Shown: positions 40,611 through 54,190, numbered from the stretch's first letter. The stretch: 64,000 nt of DNA from Sminthopsis crassicaudata (GCF_048593235.1 NC_133617.1:168414937-168478936); one strand, 5' to 3'. Notes: generated from the sequence alone by a model not told the origin. A program made the numbers and translations.

Positions 40611-42183
40611 TTAATTTGTTAGTCTTTTTTTCCTAGATTTTTCACTGTCCCTTGTCTCTTTCATTGAGATGAGAAGGGAAGAGCTCAAATTCAAATCAGT
40701 CAGTAAAGTCTTGTTAGTTTTTTGGGAAAAAAAACTAATAAAGAAAAGTCTGAAGTTCAGTCAGGGTTTCAGATTACTTATGAATGTCAATTTTCTATAT
40801 TGCTCCTCATTTACTTCAAGACATTTAATTGAAAGTTAACTGGATCTTGCTCTGGGCCATGAAGAGAGTATTATCAGGAACTTTGTTTGACATTTAGAAT
40901 AAGAGACAATCTGTAGGAACACCTCCTTTCTCCTCTCTTCTCTTTGTGTTAAGTTTATTTCCATCTTGCTTCTGTTATTTCCCTAACACTAAGAGTGTAA
41001 CTCCCCACTGTACCATCTTTCACCAGAGCACAGCCTGAAACTGTTGTTTAACTGACCTATTTCTATTGGGTTTTATTTTCAGTCTCTGCATGTGAAAAAA
41101 ATCCTTCTTCTATCCCTGACCCCATCCTGCCCTAGTTCTCATAGTCTTGTGTTCTGCCATTCCCCCTTCCTCCTCTTATATCACTTGTGTTCTATCTAAT
41201 CCCATGCTGTCTCCTTTTTCTTACCACCTTTGAAAAATGTTTCTCCCTTTCTAAATGTTATCACAACTCTGGGAATGATAACACAAAATAATACTTCAAG
41301 AGTACACACTACAAAAAGAACAAAATATGTTGCAAATATCTGAATTATATAAGTCATCAATACTAGAATTCAGAAAGATGGGAGAGTTGATGAGATCTCA
41401 AGTCTTAACTTCCTTTTATGGGCCCATTTAGTTACTGGCTAACTGGGCGGCTTCAATACTCATGTTTGACTTGAATTAATTTTTAAAGCTCTATATATTT
41501 ACTGTACTTTGTGTATACATTCAATGAATATGTCCAATCTTCTCTGATAACTGAATCAATGTCAGCAGAATAATTTAAATAAGATGAATAGAATATTTGT
41601 AGGAGAGACTGTAACATATCATATCTAGTTCTCATTGCTGTGACCTGTTCTAACAGCTTATTTTCCCTATGTCCCCCTGGGTTTCTCCCCTACCATCAAC
41701 TTATATGAGGGTTTATGACATACACTATAGGAAAGAGTCTGTGAACAGGCCTCAAATGTCTTTTTCTTGAGTTGTAATAATCCTGTGATAGCATGTTTTG
41801 TTCAACTGATTTGCAGGATTTTCTTGTTCTTTAGTAAGTGAGAGAAATGGGAGAAGAATAATATTTTGATCTTTGTTTGTAATATCTTATACCTTCCAAA
41901 AGAACTTCACACGCATCATTTCATTTGAAATGCACAATTCCATGAAGGTAGATATTGCTATCCCTGTTCAAAAGGTTTGGAAACAGAGGCCCAGGGAAGT
42001 TAAGAACCTTACCTAAAGGAGCAAAAATAAGAAATGGAATTTGGATTTCCTCCATCCCAGTTCATTCACGATAGTGTAATACTTGTCTGTCTCTTTCTAG
42101 GATTCATATATTTTAGAATCTTTTTCAAGTTTTAAAGAGATTTCACATACCACTTAAAGGTGGGATGAATTGGTATCATTATC

Positions 42184-42540
42184 TATATACAATGTTCTCC
42201 TGGTTTTGCTCATTTCACTTAGCATCAGATCATGTAAGTCTCTCCAGGCCTTTCTGAAATCATCCTGTTGGTCATTTCTTACAGAACAATAATATTCCAT
42301 AGCATTCATATACCATAACTTATTCAGCCATTCTCCAGCTGATGGGCATTCACTCAGTTTCCAGTTCCTTGACATTAAAAAAGGGCTATTACAATCATTT
42401 TTGCACACATGAGTTCTTTTCCTTTTTTCATAATCACCATAGGATACAGGCCAGCAGAAATATTGATTGAATCAAAGGATATGCACAGTTTGATAGCCCT
42501 TTGGGCATAGTTCCAAATTGTTCTCAGAATGGTTGGATCA
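42184..42540 (-). mobile_element. Internal L1 ORF2 C-terminal fragment without 3'UTR or poly(A)
   Basis: ORF track 42154-42408: RNWKLSECPSAGEWLNKLWYMNAMEYYCSVRND...LMLSEMSKTRRTL; flanked by tggtatcattatc / tggtaatattatc. Confidence 0.85.
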
Positions 42541-42762
42541 TGGTAATATTATCAATGGTTTGTTGTTCTTGTTGAAGAAACTGAAAGTTGAAAAATTGAA
42601 AGAGGAAGAATTTAAACAGTGAGGCAATGGGAAGTCTAGGTAGAGATCTTTTCACTGCATCTAGGCTACTTAAAACTGAGTTGATCTTTTTTGCTACACA
42701 TCCATTTTACTTACTCTTTTAATCATAATTCATTGATGTATGCATCCTGGCATGTGTGCACA

Positions 42763-42764
<2 letters not shown>

Positions 42765-42797
<33 letters not shown>

Positions 42798-42800
42798 ACA
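42765..42800. repeat. (CA)n microsatellite (14 perfect units plus a short extension)
   Basis: Direct reading. Confidence 0.95.
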
Positions 42801-43334
42801 TATCCTTTTCATTATATTTTTTTCCTTTGGCTAACATTATTCTCAAAAGTATCTTTTAAAACATCAGTGAATTAGCAATAAATCTTTTCCTCCAAGTTGG
42901 AGTTTGTAGTATTAAGTGCGTCTTCCTATAGATTATATATCCTAGAAAAAATAACAAGGCCTCTTGAAATTCTCAAGCCAAAGCTAACAAAAAGTTCTCT
43001 CTTCTACGAACATTTATAGCATCTTAGAGTTGGAAGGACACTTAGAACTTATCTTTGTAGTGTAGCCACTATTGAAAACAATTATCTCCTCCACAGTATA
43101 ATATGTAGCTATTCAACTTCTAGTTCAAATTACCAAAGATAGGAAATAAAGGAGGCAGTATAATCCATTTTGGGAATGTTTTTATTTTTAAAATATTTTT
43201 TGCCATAGTGAGCTGAACTCTGCTTCCCTAGAGTTTTGAAAAAAAATCTAATCAAAAGGGATTTAAACAAAAAAGATAGGAGATAGGAGAAAATAATCTA
43301 TATGTAACTACCAACTAGATAACATAGTGAACCA

Positions 43335-43525
43335 GCATATTATAGGTTGTATAAAGTACCAGAAACAGAGTCAGGAAGACCTACCTACAATTCTGACAGA
43401 TATTTATCTAACTGACCCTACCTATGTTACTTAATTTCTATGTGGGAGCTTCATTGTCCTTAATTGTAAAATGAGATCAGTGATCTCTATGGCCCCTTTC
43501 AAATCTAAGTCTTTGATTCCATAAA
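43335..43525 (+). mobile_element. MIR-type SINE
   Basis: gagtcaggaagacc...ttacttaatttc...cttaattgtaaaatgag...ggcccctttcaaatctaagtc. Confidence 0.65.
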
Positions 43526-43959
43526 CCTCATTACAATGTAGGAAGAACATCTCTATAGATACTCTGGAATTCATAGGGAGCAAAATCAGAAAATAAATCC
43601 CAGAATTTCAAATTTTTTACACAAATTCACAAAGTATAGATAACAAACAAGGTTAGACAAGAGACAGATTTGTGTACTTGATGGGAACTGGATTAGGATG
43701 TAGGGGTGGATTATGGATCTAGAAAGGCATACCTAAACAGAAAGAACAGTTCAGGTAAACGGGAGAGAGATATGGAGTTGCATTGTTTATTAAGAAGATA
43801 TATTCATGTGAAGAAATCCAAGAAACAAAGGAGAGAAACATTTTGATGCAGATAAATGAAGGCAGAAACAGAAGTGATATCAACTTTAAATTATTCTAGA
43901 GATAAATTAAACCCTTTTGATTCAAGAAAATCAATTTTAAAAGTACAAGTTGAAGGAAG

Positions 43960-44200
43960 TGTAATGAAAGAGCAGTTGATCTGAAAAACAATTGGAGGTT
44001 TTGGTAATTAAAATATTAATATGTCAATAGTGTGATTATTATATTTTTAAAAAATTTAATATAACCTCAGATTATATTAAGAGGCCCAGTGTCTACAGTT
44101 AGAGAGGTGATAGATAATCTATTATACTCAGCTTTGTTAGTCTATACATGGAATATCATGTTCAGTTCTAAATAACTCATTTTAAAAGGCATAGTTAGTT
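43960..44200 (+). mobile_element. L3/CR1 ORF2 fragment
   Basis: ttatactcagctttgttagtctatacatggaatatcatgttcagttct. Confidence 0.5.
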
Positions 44201-44204
44201 ATTA

Positions 44205-44478
44205 CAGTACTGGATCTTAAACTATATCAAAAGACAGTAATTATCAAAACTTTTGGGTACTGGCTAAGAAATATAGATAGATCAGTGGAATGGAGTAGGT
44301 AAAATTTACAATAGCAAACAAATATAGTTACCAAATGTTTGACAAGTATAAAGACTTAAGTTTTGAGAATTAGAATTATTTGGTAAAACATTATTGGGAA
44401 AGTAGGAAAGCAGTCTGGCAGAAAATGGGCATAGACCAGTATCTTACACCACTTGCCAAGATAAGGTCAAAGTGGTTG
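44205..44478 (+). mobile_element. L1 ORF2 internal fragment
   Basis: VIIKTFGYWLRN...DQWN and WQKMGIDQYLTPLAKIRSKW-like sequence. Confidence 0.75.
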
Positions 44479-44949
44479 ACTTACCTGGCACTGGCACAAG
44501 CTGCTTCCTGTTCTTCAGGGTGCCTTCTGCTTCAGCAAAGCTGACTTGTCTCATGTTAATTGGTTGGTAGTGAGAGTGGTCAACTATTCTTCCAAAGGAG
44601 TTTCTTGCCCCAAATGATGCCTATAAAATCTAGACTAGAATCTGGCCTGGATTGCTGCTACCAGAGTTTCTGTGCCTATGTGCCCATTGGTGACAGTTTT
44701 CTAGGAATTTTTGCTGATGGCAATGAGAAAAGTAAGCCTCCTTACCAAAAAAATAATTTTCCTTAATGATATGAAAGCTGGATGTTTTCCTCTATTTTTT
44801 TCTTTCTTTCTAATGGAAGAAAGTATGGTATTTATGATGAAAGGAAAGAAGCATGATAATTTTAGAAGAGCTTTCAAATGAAAGGAGAATTTAACATGTT
44901 TTGCTTTTCCCAGGAGAGTAGAACTAGGAATTAGGAAATGCAAAGAAAC

Positions 44950-45120
44950 AGATTTAAGTTTGACGTAAAGACAAACTTTCTAATCATCAACAGGATCCAA
45001 AAGTGAATAGGGAAGCCTTTGGAAGCCATGGATTCCTCCATTGGATGACCCCTTGTCAGGAATGTGGTTGAGGGAATTGTTCAGCTACAGGTTGTACTGG
45101 ATGGTCCCTGATAACCTGGA
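44950..45120 (+). mobile_element. L3/CR1 3' end
   Basis: agatttaagtttgacgtaaagacaaactttctaa...ggatgaccccttgtcaggaatg...ggttgtactggatggtccctga. Confidence 0.6.
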
Positions 45121-45459
45121 CTTCTGGGTTTGCATTAATATTAGAGAGATGTTGTCCTGGGAAAACAAAAGATATCAGAGCAAGGGAGAGCAATTCCATG
45201 CTAAGTATGTGTTCTGGGAGGACTAGGATCTCTGGAGCCCTTTCCAGATCTGCTCATTCACCTTTGCTGTCTCCTGCTATCCAACTCTAACATGTGGTTC
45301 CAAGAAGCTGTAGCATGTGAAGCAGCCACTTCCTGCTAAAACTGTTTCAGCAGACAGGCTAAAACTAAGTTGAGGCTAACTGACAAGCCACAAACCTAAC
45401 AGTGAGTTAAGGGGATGTCTATCCCAAGCATGTGAAGACTTCCTTAAGTGCAATGGGCA

Positions 45460-45809
45460 AATAAGACCAACTTGCTCCAATGATCATGAAGGTGGCTGAA
45501 GTAGGTGCCATGGAGAGCTTTGAGCTTGGTCAGGAGATGTCAAGGTCATCCAATGCATCCCAGGTCATTGCTAGACTCTTCTTGATGTTTATCTTGCAAC
45601 TGGACTTCACTGATTTGGAAGAGAGAGTGAAGCTGAAGAGTTTGTGTCAACTTGACTCTGATTGAAATCTGATTAGCTCGGGGGCAGCTAGGTGGCGCAG
45701 TGGATGGAGCACCAGCCTTGAATTCAGGAGAACCCAAGTTCAAATCTGGTCTCAGACACTTAACACTTCCTAGCTGTGTGACCCTAGGCAAGACACTTAA
45801 CCCCAGCCT

Positions 45810-45846
<37 letters not shown>

Positions 45847-45920
45847 AATCTGATTAGCTCATGAATCAAGACATCAGCCTATAAGGTCATTCATGCCTTT
45901 AAAAACAAAGAATGAACAAT
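45460..45920. mobile_element. Older marsupial RTE-related interspersed repeat (family unresolved), host of the young SINE
   Basis: ccaatgatcatgaaggtggc...caaggtcatccaatgcatcccaggtc...caagacatcagcc...aaagaatgaacaa resembles a common marsupial repeat and is continuous across the SINE. Confidence 0.5.
45680..45844 (+). mobile_element. Young full-length WSINE1-type tRNA SINE with A34 tail and perfect 16-bp TSD
   Basis: A box TGGCGCAGTGG (45693-45703); B box GTTCAAATC (45738-45746); poly(A) 45811-45844; TSD gaaatctgattagctc at 45664-45679 and 45845-45860. Confidence 0.95.
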
Positions 45921-47062
45921 AAGAGAAATAGTAATGGGAATTACTATTAGATATTGTCCTCCACCTTCAACGCAACCATTAAGAACAGGGAGCATGTTTT
46001 ACTTTTTTTGTATACTCAGAATCTAGCAAAGTACCTGGAAGATAGTAGATATTTATTAAATGGCTCTTGACTTGAAAAGAACACAAGATGAAGACCAAGG
46101 ATAGGCACACTATATTGTGACACAATATGAAACCTCTTAGCATATATGCATTGTAGTCATAGCATACATACAAGTACTTTGGTCAAAGGTTGTTGGCTGA
46201 ATCCAGCTTCTAATGGAGTCAAGAAAACAGGCACCCTCTTCTCCTGCTCAAAGGAAGTTTAGGGGTGTAGGCTCATATTATTTTCCATCCTCTTCCTTCA
46301 CCTTAAATTCTAATTCTAATTCAAATACCCCATACTGATATTTAAAACATATTTCTCTCTTTTTTAATTCATTGATTCATTTTCCCTTATATCTTCCTCT
46401 TTTAAGTGAATAACTGAAGGAAGATCCTGTAAAAATGCTTATTGAGGAACTGATAATCAAGTTTGTAGATTATCAAAGCCAGTTCTGCAATGCCCCATTT
46501 CCTCCCTTGACATTTCGGTAGTTTCATACTTCTACAAGCATCCCAATAAGAGAGTAAAGACTAATTTAAAGAATGAAATTTAAGAGTCAATTTTGTTGCT
46601 AGTGTGAAGCTTTGATAGAGTATTGAAGGGAAGGAGGAAGGTAGAGAGTTTGAAGTTAATGGCTAAAGTAAATTTAAGGATTTTCTATGTTTTGTATTTA
46701 TGTGTGTTCTCCATGTCACGCATGAAGAATTATGAGTTCTCTCTGATTATCTGTCTCACAGTAACAGAAAAGGAAAGGAAAAGTTCAAAATGTCAGCCAA
46801 TCAAAATATAATACAAGAACTATAATCAAATGTGCACCTGTCAAAATGTCCACCTACATGGAGGATATAGTGAAAGAAAAGCCAGAGTAATCATCCCATG
46901 GACTAAATGAAAACTCCAGGCCTTCTTTCCTATTAGAGGTAGAAAGCTCAAATGATCCAGACTTGAAACGTGCCTTTGATTTTCACTAGCTATATGACCG
47001 TGGAAAAGCATCTTCACCCCTCTATGAACTTGATTGTTCATCTGTAAAATGGGTTCTGAATA

Positions 47063-47228
47063 GGGGGCAGCTAGGTGGTGCAGTAGATAGGGCACTAACC
47101 CTGAAGTTAGGAGGGCCTGCATTCAAATATGGCCTCAGACACGTAACACTTCTAGCTGTGTGACCCTGGGCAAGTCACTTAACCCTAATTGCTTTAGCAA
47201 AAAACAACAACAACAAAAAAAACAAACC
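47063..47228 (+). mobile_element. Older WSINE1-type SINE inserted in a MIR
   Basis: Same body as the 45680 copy with decayed CpG (ggtggtgcag); A/CAA tail; degenerate TSD atgggttctgaata / atgggtctgtaca; MIR CORE immediately upstream (~46960-47062). Confidence 0.85.
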
Positions 47229-49624
47229 ATGGGTCTGTACACCTATAGTTCCTGCTACATGAGGTCATGATGCTCTACTGAAAACTGTTTTCCCAATTTT
47301 AAAACATTAATAAATATTAGCTATTATTTGAGGCTGAGTGATTGGGAGAAAGAGAGACAGTGGGTTTTTCTTACATTTGATCCATGGATTCCTGGGAGGC
47401 TCTTCATAAGACTTAGTGGTGCCCCTCTGTGAGATAGGTATCCCCCCCTTCCTTCTGAGCTCCCTCTTCTTCTTCACCTGTGCTTCACAAACTGTAATTT
47501 TGTACTTTATTTATTCTCAGTGATGCTAAAGTGCATCAAAATGATTTGTTTCCCCTGTGAAGCTGGAAGCCAGTGGTAAATATCTTCTGCCACATTCCAT
47601 GAATCTTCATGCAATTACTTGCTGCTGCCTTGAAAACCTTTTTTTTTTTTTTTTTTTTTTAAAGCCTGTTTCCCAGTAACACTAATCTTGAATTCAAGGA
47701 CCTGAAAGATTAAGGATCTGGTGACTTGGAGAGAGAGGTAATAAGGGGGAGGTTGAGGGAACCACCCACCATGCCTCCATGCCCTGTTTCAGGGAAAACT
47801 AAATGTTAAGTGAGTGGTTTAGCTTGAGCTTAATCTAGAGGCAAATCAGTAACTGAACCCTTAGATACTCATTCCATTGTGTACTGAGGAAAATAAAGTG
47901 AAGAAAAGAATGTGCTTTCTGGGGCTATATCAATAATGAAGAATAATGTTTTAAATCAGAGGGAAGGAGAGAGTAATTAAGAAATCTTTGGCTGGCTAAT
48001 TTTCTTTTTCCTTTATTCTTTCTGGACACCCCCAAACCACTCACCTATTCTCATACTTGGATAAGAATTTTTCCCCCTCCAGCTCCTGTTTTCCTGTGCT
48101 ATAGTAAAACTATCAGTTTGTATTTGACATGGAAATTATGACAGAGCTACAAGTCTGGTGTTAGCTGAAGGATCTAGAAAGTGAGGAAGGGAAGCTGTGA
48201 GGGTAGAAATCTCCAGCTCAATAAAATGTCTTGTTTATTAATTAGTTAATGTTAGCATGAAAACATAAATATGTGAAATGACAACTTAAAATAAATGTAT
48301 TCTGCATCTACCACACTTGAACATATTCCATTTTTCAGAATTACCAACTCTACAAAGTTGCCAACTTTTAACTTATTGTACTTGTCTTTAGAACAGAGAA
48401 GTATGCTTGGCAGATTGGAATTAATCAGTATTAGTTTTAGGTATTTTCCCCATATCATTACAGAAAACACTCTGAGTAAATTTATTTGAATTGCAGAAAC
48501 ACTGGCTGGAATGGTAAGAGTCTCTTAAATTCAAGAATAGACATATAAGGCACAGTAACTGCTCAAGTGTCCTCAGCAGGACTTGAGGTCCATAAAGGGA
48601 GAGATGTGTGATGAGATGATCCTAAGGGTCATTTCTTTTCTAGTCCCAGGATTGAGGATCAATTCTTCTTGCTGATAGAAAGGACTCCCATTTGCCTTCT
48701 TGGTTTATTTGTGCTAAAACTGCCCTATTGCACAAATGTTACTCCTGAGGCTATTTATTAGCCAACTTTCTTATTACAACTTCTCTAGGCATAACTATAC
48801 AATAAAATTCTGTAGCCCATGCCTATTGTGGTTTACGGCTGCTATTCTTCATCTGATAGGGATACATTCAAGAATCTGTTTCTGTAAAATTTCCTGGCCA
48901 GTATGGCAAGAGCCTTAAGAACAGTTGTTCCCTCCAGGTCCAGGCTTGTTCTAGCCATTGGCTGGAAAAACATCCGTTTTTCTTCTTCTATCACCACTGG
49001 GTTATAGTTTTGTCAAGGATGGGGAGTGTTATATACAGATGCCTCAGATTAGAAATTAGTATTGGCTTTCACTTCTCAGTGGTCAGGCCAACCTGAACCA
49101 ATTCACAGTTAGGAGAGGTTGGAAGGAGGCATGAGAAACAACTCTCCACATGTCCCTATGCTTGGCACGCCTGGTCTGTGCCGTGAATAATAGGTCATCT
49201 GATGCAGTGTAATTAGATAGGAGGATGAATCCTAAGTAATCCTGGGAACTGCAACAGGGAATTGGCCTCTGTGAGTTACTTTTAGCCTTTCAAACTGAAA
49301 TTTGAAGTTGAAACTGAATAGTTTCCTTGTCATGGTAAGAAGTCCACTGTGGAGAAATACTGGAATTTATTATTTTTCAAGCTGCCACCCAAACTGAAAA
49401 ATATTGCCCAATATAGCCAATTCTCAGTTATTCAGGAGCTGATTATCCACTTTGCAGATTATTCATGCTCATTGTTTCCTGCTTCCTTCTTTTTCTCTTG
49501 GGTCCTTTCTTGGCTATCTTCCCATAGAGATAATAATAAGAAAGTATTTTTAGTCCATTTTCTTCTACTTTTAAAGGTGGAAAGTCATAATCTTTTAAAG
49601 CTGAATGGTGACTCAAAGATTATT

Positions 49625-49740
49625 TAATTCATTTTATAAAAACCAAAGAGGTAAGGGACTTGCTCAGGATCACATAACAAGTAGAATCTGGAATAGAATC
49701 CAGAATTCAAATCTGACTCTTTCTACCTATGTTATATTTG
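49625..49740 (-). mobile_element. MIR-type SINE fragment
   Basis: cattttataaaaaccaaagaggtaagggacttgctcaggatcacataacaag...gaattcaaatctgact. Confidence 0.55.
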
Positions 49741-51740
49741 CTCCCAGTTAAGTGTTTTGATGAGAAACATTTGGAGATTTTGACACAACTGGGTTCAGGA
49801 AAATTTTCTATATATGTCAATTATCTTCTAAAACTTCATATGCAGGGGCAAAAGAAATGATAATAGCTATGGTTATAGCAAGTAAAGTTTCAGGCTATTG
49901 ATTTGAACAAATAACCCAAGGATGACTATCTCCTGGTGGTTTCTATGATACTTTTAATTGTTCCTGCTAATTTCAATACTAACTTTAGTGCCACAGAACC
50001 ACAAAAAAGGAATAGTCCAGATGTAGGGATTGTTAGTTGTGACCCTACTAGGGAAAAAAAGTTCAGAAGATAGCTAACTTTTCAAGAAGGAATTAGTGAC
50101 TGTTTAAAAAAGAAAAATCATTGTTTTCACCTCTTTTTGAGCTATTTCTGACAGTATGTTTTGTTTCCTCTATTTGAGCTGTTTTCTGCTGTCATTTCTC
50201 CTATTTCTACCTCCAAAATTTCTTTTTATGGACAGCCATGCTATATTATTATGTCTCTTCAGTGTATGATGGCAGTCTGATAAAGATTGTAGACTCCTTC
50301 ATAGAACAACGTTTGTAAATATATAAAATAAAATACATAAGATCCCATAGAAGACCGATCATAGTGAAATGCAGTCATCAGAATGTTAAAAACAAAATTG
50401 AAAGATCACAGACCCCAGATTAAGAAACCTTGCTCTAGTTCTTTTGCTTCTGTTAAATTGAACTGAAGAGATAGAGTGTGTTTGACATCCCTGAACTTTC
50501 CTTCTGTGATATCTTACAATGAGTATTTGACCATAAATAGGGGTGGCATAGGGATGGGAATTGCTTGGTAATTGATATTCTAGGTAGGATAGGCCTTAAT
50601 AAGCAATCCCTCCTAAATCATTGTGGTGAATAGAAGGAACATATGCTTTGTCTTTATGAATTAGATTATTTTGCAAAAACTATATATTTCACCTGTGTTA
50701 TGTCCTTAACAAAAGGCTTTGATAAATTGCCATGGTTTAATTTATTTTTAATTTTTAACTTGTTTGACAATATTGCTCAAAATCCAAAGCAATATGCAAA
50801 TTAAGACTCAGAAATAAAATGCAAAGCATTATATATTTTTATAATATTACTGTTTATTCTTTTCAATTAAACACTTGTAATTAGTGATTAAAATAATTGA
50901 TTTAATTAATTTTTATCTTTTGAGGGAAATGTAGCTGAATGGTATTTTCAAATTATGAAGACTAAATCCATTACTTTATTGTAGAAAAGCCTTAACCAAG
51001 CAAATTGAACATTGAGGCTATAAATTACCATTCTTCTTCACAAAATATTTAGAAAGAAAAAATAAGTTTGGAGGAGCAGGTCAGTTATCTGTTTGTATCT
51101 GTTAGGGGACACATAAAGAAGAGTTATTAATAGACTTTTAATAAAAGTTTAAATAAAAACCATGGAGTAAAAACATGACTGTTGTCTCAAAGGAAAGAGG
51201 ATTTCTGGAACAATGACAAATTTACCATACATTGAACAAGAAAACTAGAAGCTGCAAATGCTAGAAGCTACATCAAACCAGGGAAAAGCACACACCATGA
51301 GTGTTTAAAGAAGAGTACACCCATCCCAATTATGCTCTCTACTATGTACTTAACTGATGTTTAAGGAGATCCAATTCATATTGCTTAAAGGGGACATGCT
51401 AAAGCAAGAGAACTTGATTTGCTTCCAGTCGAAACTTTCAAATCCACATGCAGGAAGCATATCTTCATTTATTTGCAGCATCCTGAGACAGCATTACCAA
51501 ATACCCTGTACAAATACAATTGTAGGCAAAAGGGTGGGAGAGGAAGGGAAGATTTCTAATTGAACTTCAATGAGAGGGAAGTGATTCAGTGGCTGAAATG
51601 TTATGGGAAGAGTGAAGAGGACAGTATAGCTTTGATGAGAAAAGTCATAGAGAGGTGTTGAAGGAACCATAGTGAAGCAGAATGAAGAAATTCAAGAATA
51701 TATAGATAAAGATCAATTCTCAGAAATAAGGTGAAAAATC

Positions 51741-51852
51741 TGGCCTCTGACACTTAATACGTCTTAGCGGTGTGATCCTGGGTAAGTCACTTAACCCCAA
51801 TTGCTTCAGCAAAAAAAAAAAAAAAAAAAGAAAGAAAGAAAGAAAGAAAAAG
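51741..51852 (+). mobile_element. 5'-truncated WSINE1-type SINE with A/(GAAA)n tail
   Basis: aatctggcctctgacacttaatac...gtcacttaaccccaattgcttcagc followed by A-rich and gaaa repeats. Confidence 0.85.
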
Positions 51853-53639
51853 TAAACAGGAAATGTGGAATATAGCAGTACATCAAAGTGAAAATCAGAA
51901 CAATGTATCTTTGCTGATGGAAGAGACATGGGAAATCATGCTGATCAAAGTGTCTTCAAGAAAAGTGCCAATAAGGCCCAACTGCAACCTCAAATTTGCA
52001 GAGTCTTGGGAATTGTACCTTTTGCATTGAATTTTTTACTTATGCCTTTTCATTTGTTAGGGAATGTTTACCAGGTTTCTTCTATAATGCTTTTTATCTA
52101 TGTATTTTTTTAGTCCACAGTTGCCCAGTACTCTAGAGGTATCATTTTCCCATGGTCATAGTTTGGCCATACTTTTAATAGTAACAAGTTAATATTGTGG
52201 TTAGTAAGTAGAATGGCAAGTTCTGAGCAGCTGTTGGGTTCTTTTCCTACCTTTTTTGATCACTGACTGGACAAGCCTCAGGAGATCTTTTATCAGGTCT
52301 TTTATTGAAGGATTTTAAGAGGTCTTACTTGTTACCTTGTACTTGTATCTGCTCCTTGCTTTGCTTCACCCTGCTGATTATATGCAACTTATTAAAGAGA
52401 TTAAAAGATTCCTGGGCAGGTCCTTAACTTTGGTTCTCACAGAAATACCTCAGCTCCATCCTCAGCTGATAATATAAAAATTAATCACAAAACCATGTCA
52501 TGGGTGTGGTGGATTTCTGAGCTTTTTTTCTCCCCATTATATTAGGGGAATTAGATAGTCTTCACTTTTAAGCAAGAAGGATAAATCAAACTTAAAAGGC
52601 ATATCAACTCTAAGGAAAAGTGATAGCTGTGTGCTGATGTCCTTGGGTGAACCTTTCAACAATATTGTTTTTCATGGGCTATCACTAATTGGAAAAACTA
52701 CTCTCATGTTAGGTCTGTAAAGTGATTTTTTTTCCTTTAGTTGGTCTTCCCTGCCTTCTCTGATCCTTTGCATTTAAAAGTGAAACAGAACTTTCCCTTC
52801 TCCCCACTCCCAAAAGTATTTAGAGTAATGGAGAAATAAAAAGAAAACAATTTAACATAAAATAAAATTTTAATACATCTGGTCATGATTAATTTTGATT
52901 CTATAATAAAATGCTTTATAGGTTACTCAGTTTTACTCATTTATACTGTGCTGAAGTTTTAGGACCTTGAAAATTATGAATGTTTGTGTAATTTTATTCT
53001 AGTAGTACTGGAAAAAAATTCAAGTTGTATGGAAAAGAAGGGGCTGTTGGAGCAGGTGAATAATGTGAAATTTCTCCCAATCCAAATACCTGAGAAAATA
53101 CTGCTATAAAGAATGAATTTGGTGTTGAGATTTAGCTGTGGTTGCCATAAAGACAAAGAAAGGGAACAATGTGGCAGGCCTGTTTCTTACCAATAGTGAC
53201 AACACCAATGATTTATTGTGGGAAATAGGCAGTTTTTTTTCTTTCTTTTTTTTTTTCAAAGCTTGTTAGCTGAATGTCTGAACTTTGATATTTTTTTCCC
53301 TTGTGAAGGGTTTCTATGTGATCCCCAGAAAAGTTACTTCTGATAAACTGCAGTTAGTCAGTTCTCCATGATCTGTATTCAAAGGGGAAAGAAATATAAT
53401 AGAGAATGCATTTTAAATCTCTTTTCTTTATCATTTAAAAATCTCATTAAAAAAATTCAAATTACTTCAATTCAGCAAACATGAGCTTAGCATCCCTCAT
53501 GTAAGGTATTGGGGTAGGGACTGTGAATATAATAGAAAATAAGTCTTTGCTCTTAAGAATTTTATATTCTACTTGGATTTTTGAAACCTAAATGCTAAAA
53601 AAAAAAAAAAAAAAAAAGCAAAGCTTACTAATCCATAGG

Positions 53640-53925
53640 ACAATAAAACAATAATGCCTAATATTTATGTAACAATTTAAAGCTTGCAAAGTGTTTTATG
53701 TATATTTTCATTTGACACTCACAAAACCCTGTAAAATAGTTAATTGTTCCCATTTTACAGAGAAGAAAATATTTAAGTACTTATCCCCTACCCTCAAAGT
53801 GCTTACTGGCAAATGGTTCGGAAAGTTCAAGTGGCTTGCTGGAGGTTACTGAGCCTTGTAAGTATACAGAGCAAGATTCAAACTCACTTCTTCCTGACTC
53901 TAAGGCCACCCCTCCTCCTACTTTA
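53640..53925 (-). mobile_element. MIR-type SINE
   Basis: gcttgcaaagtgttttatg...cccattttacagagaagaaa...caagattcaaactcacttcttcctgactc. Confidence 0.65.
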
Positions 53926-54159
53926 TCACCTATCTACCTCAATAAGATCCAGAGCTTCTTTTTTCCTGTAATCCACCCGATCTTGGCAGGAGCATCAGTG
54001 AACAGTGAAATGAGTCATCAGAGATACAAGGGAGAGAAGGAAACATCCTAAATAACTGACTAGCTGTGTGATGAGCTTCAGGATTGGGACATGGCAAAAA
54101 TCAGGTGAAATGATAAAACTGTAATGAGATTCCCATGTGGTATTTAGTGAAGTAACAAT

Positions 54160-54190
54160 GGTTATCACTCTCTCTTGTTTAATCTTATAG
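54160..54190 (+). other. BMP6: 3' splice site (pyrimidine tract + AG) of the BMP6 exon
   Basis: cactctctcttgtttaatcttatag|TG; homology to BMP6 protein starts exactly after the AG. Confidence 0.9.

Larger units (their letters stand above)
1..54190 (+). other. BMP6: Probable distal part of BMP6 intron 1
   Basis: No CpG island or exon 1-like sequence upstream of the exon within the window. BMP6 intron 1 is known to be very long in mammals. This is an inference. Confidence 0.7.

Noticed and set aside
54011-54017. AP-1 site TGAGTCA upstream of the exon (also at ~33290 and ~49609)
   Set aside because: 7-mers occur at the expected frequency and lack the GC needed for an ARE
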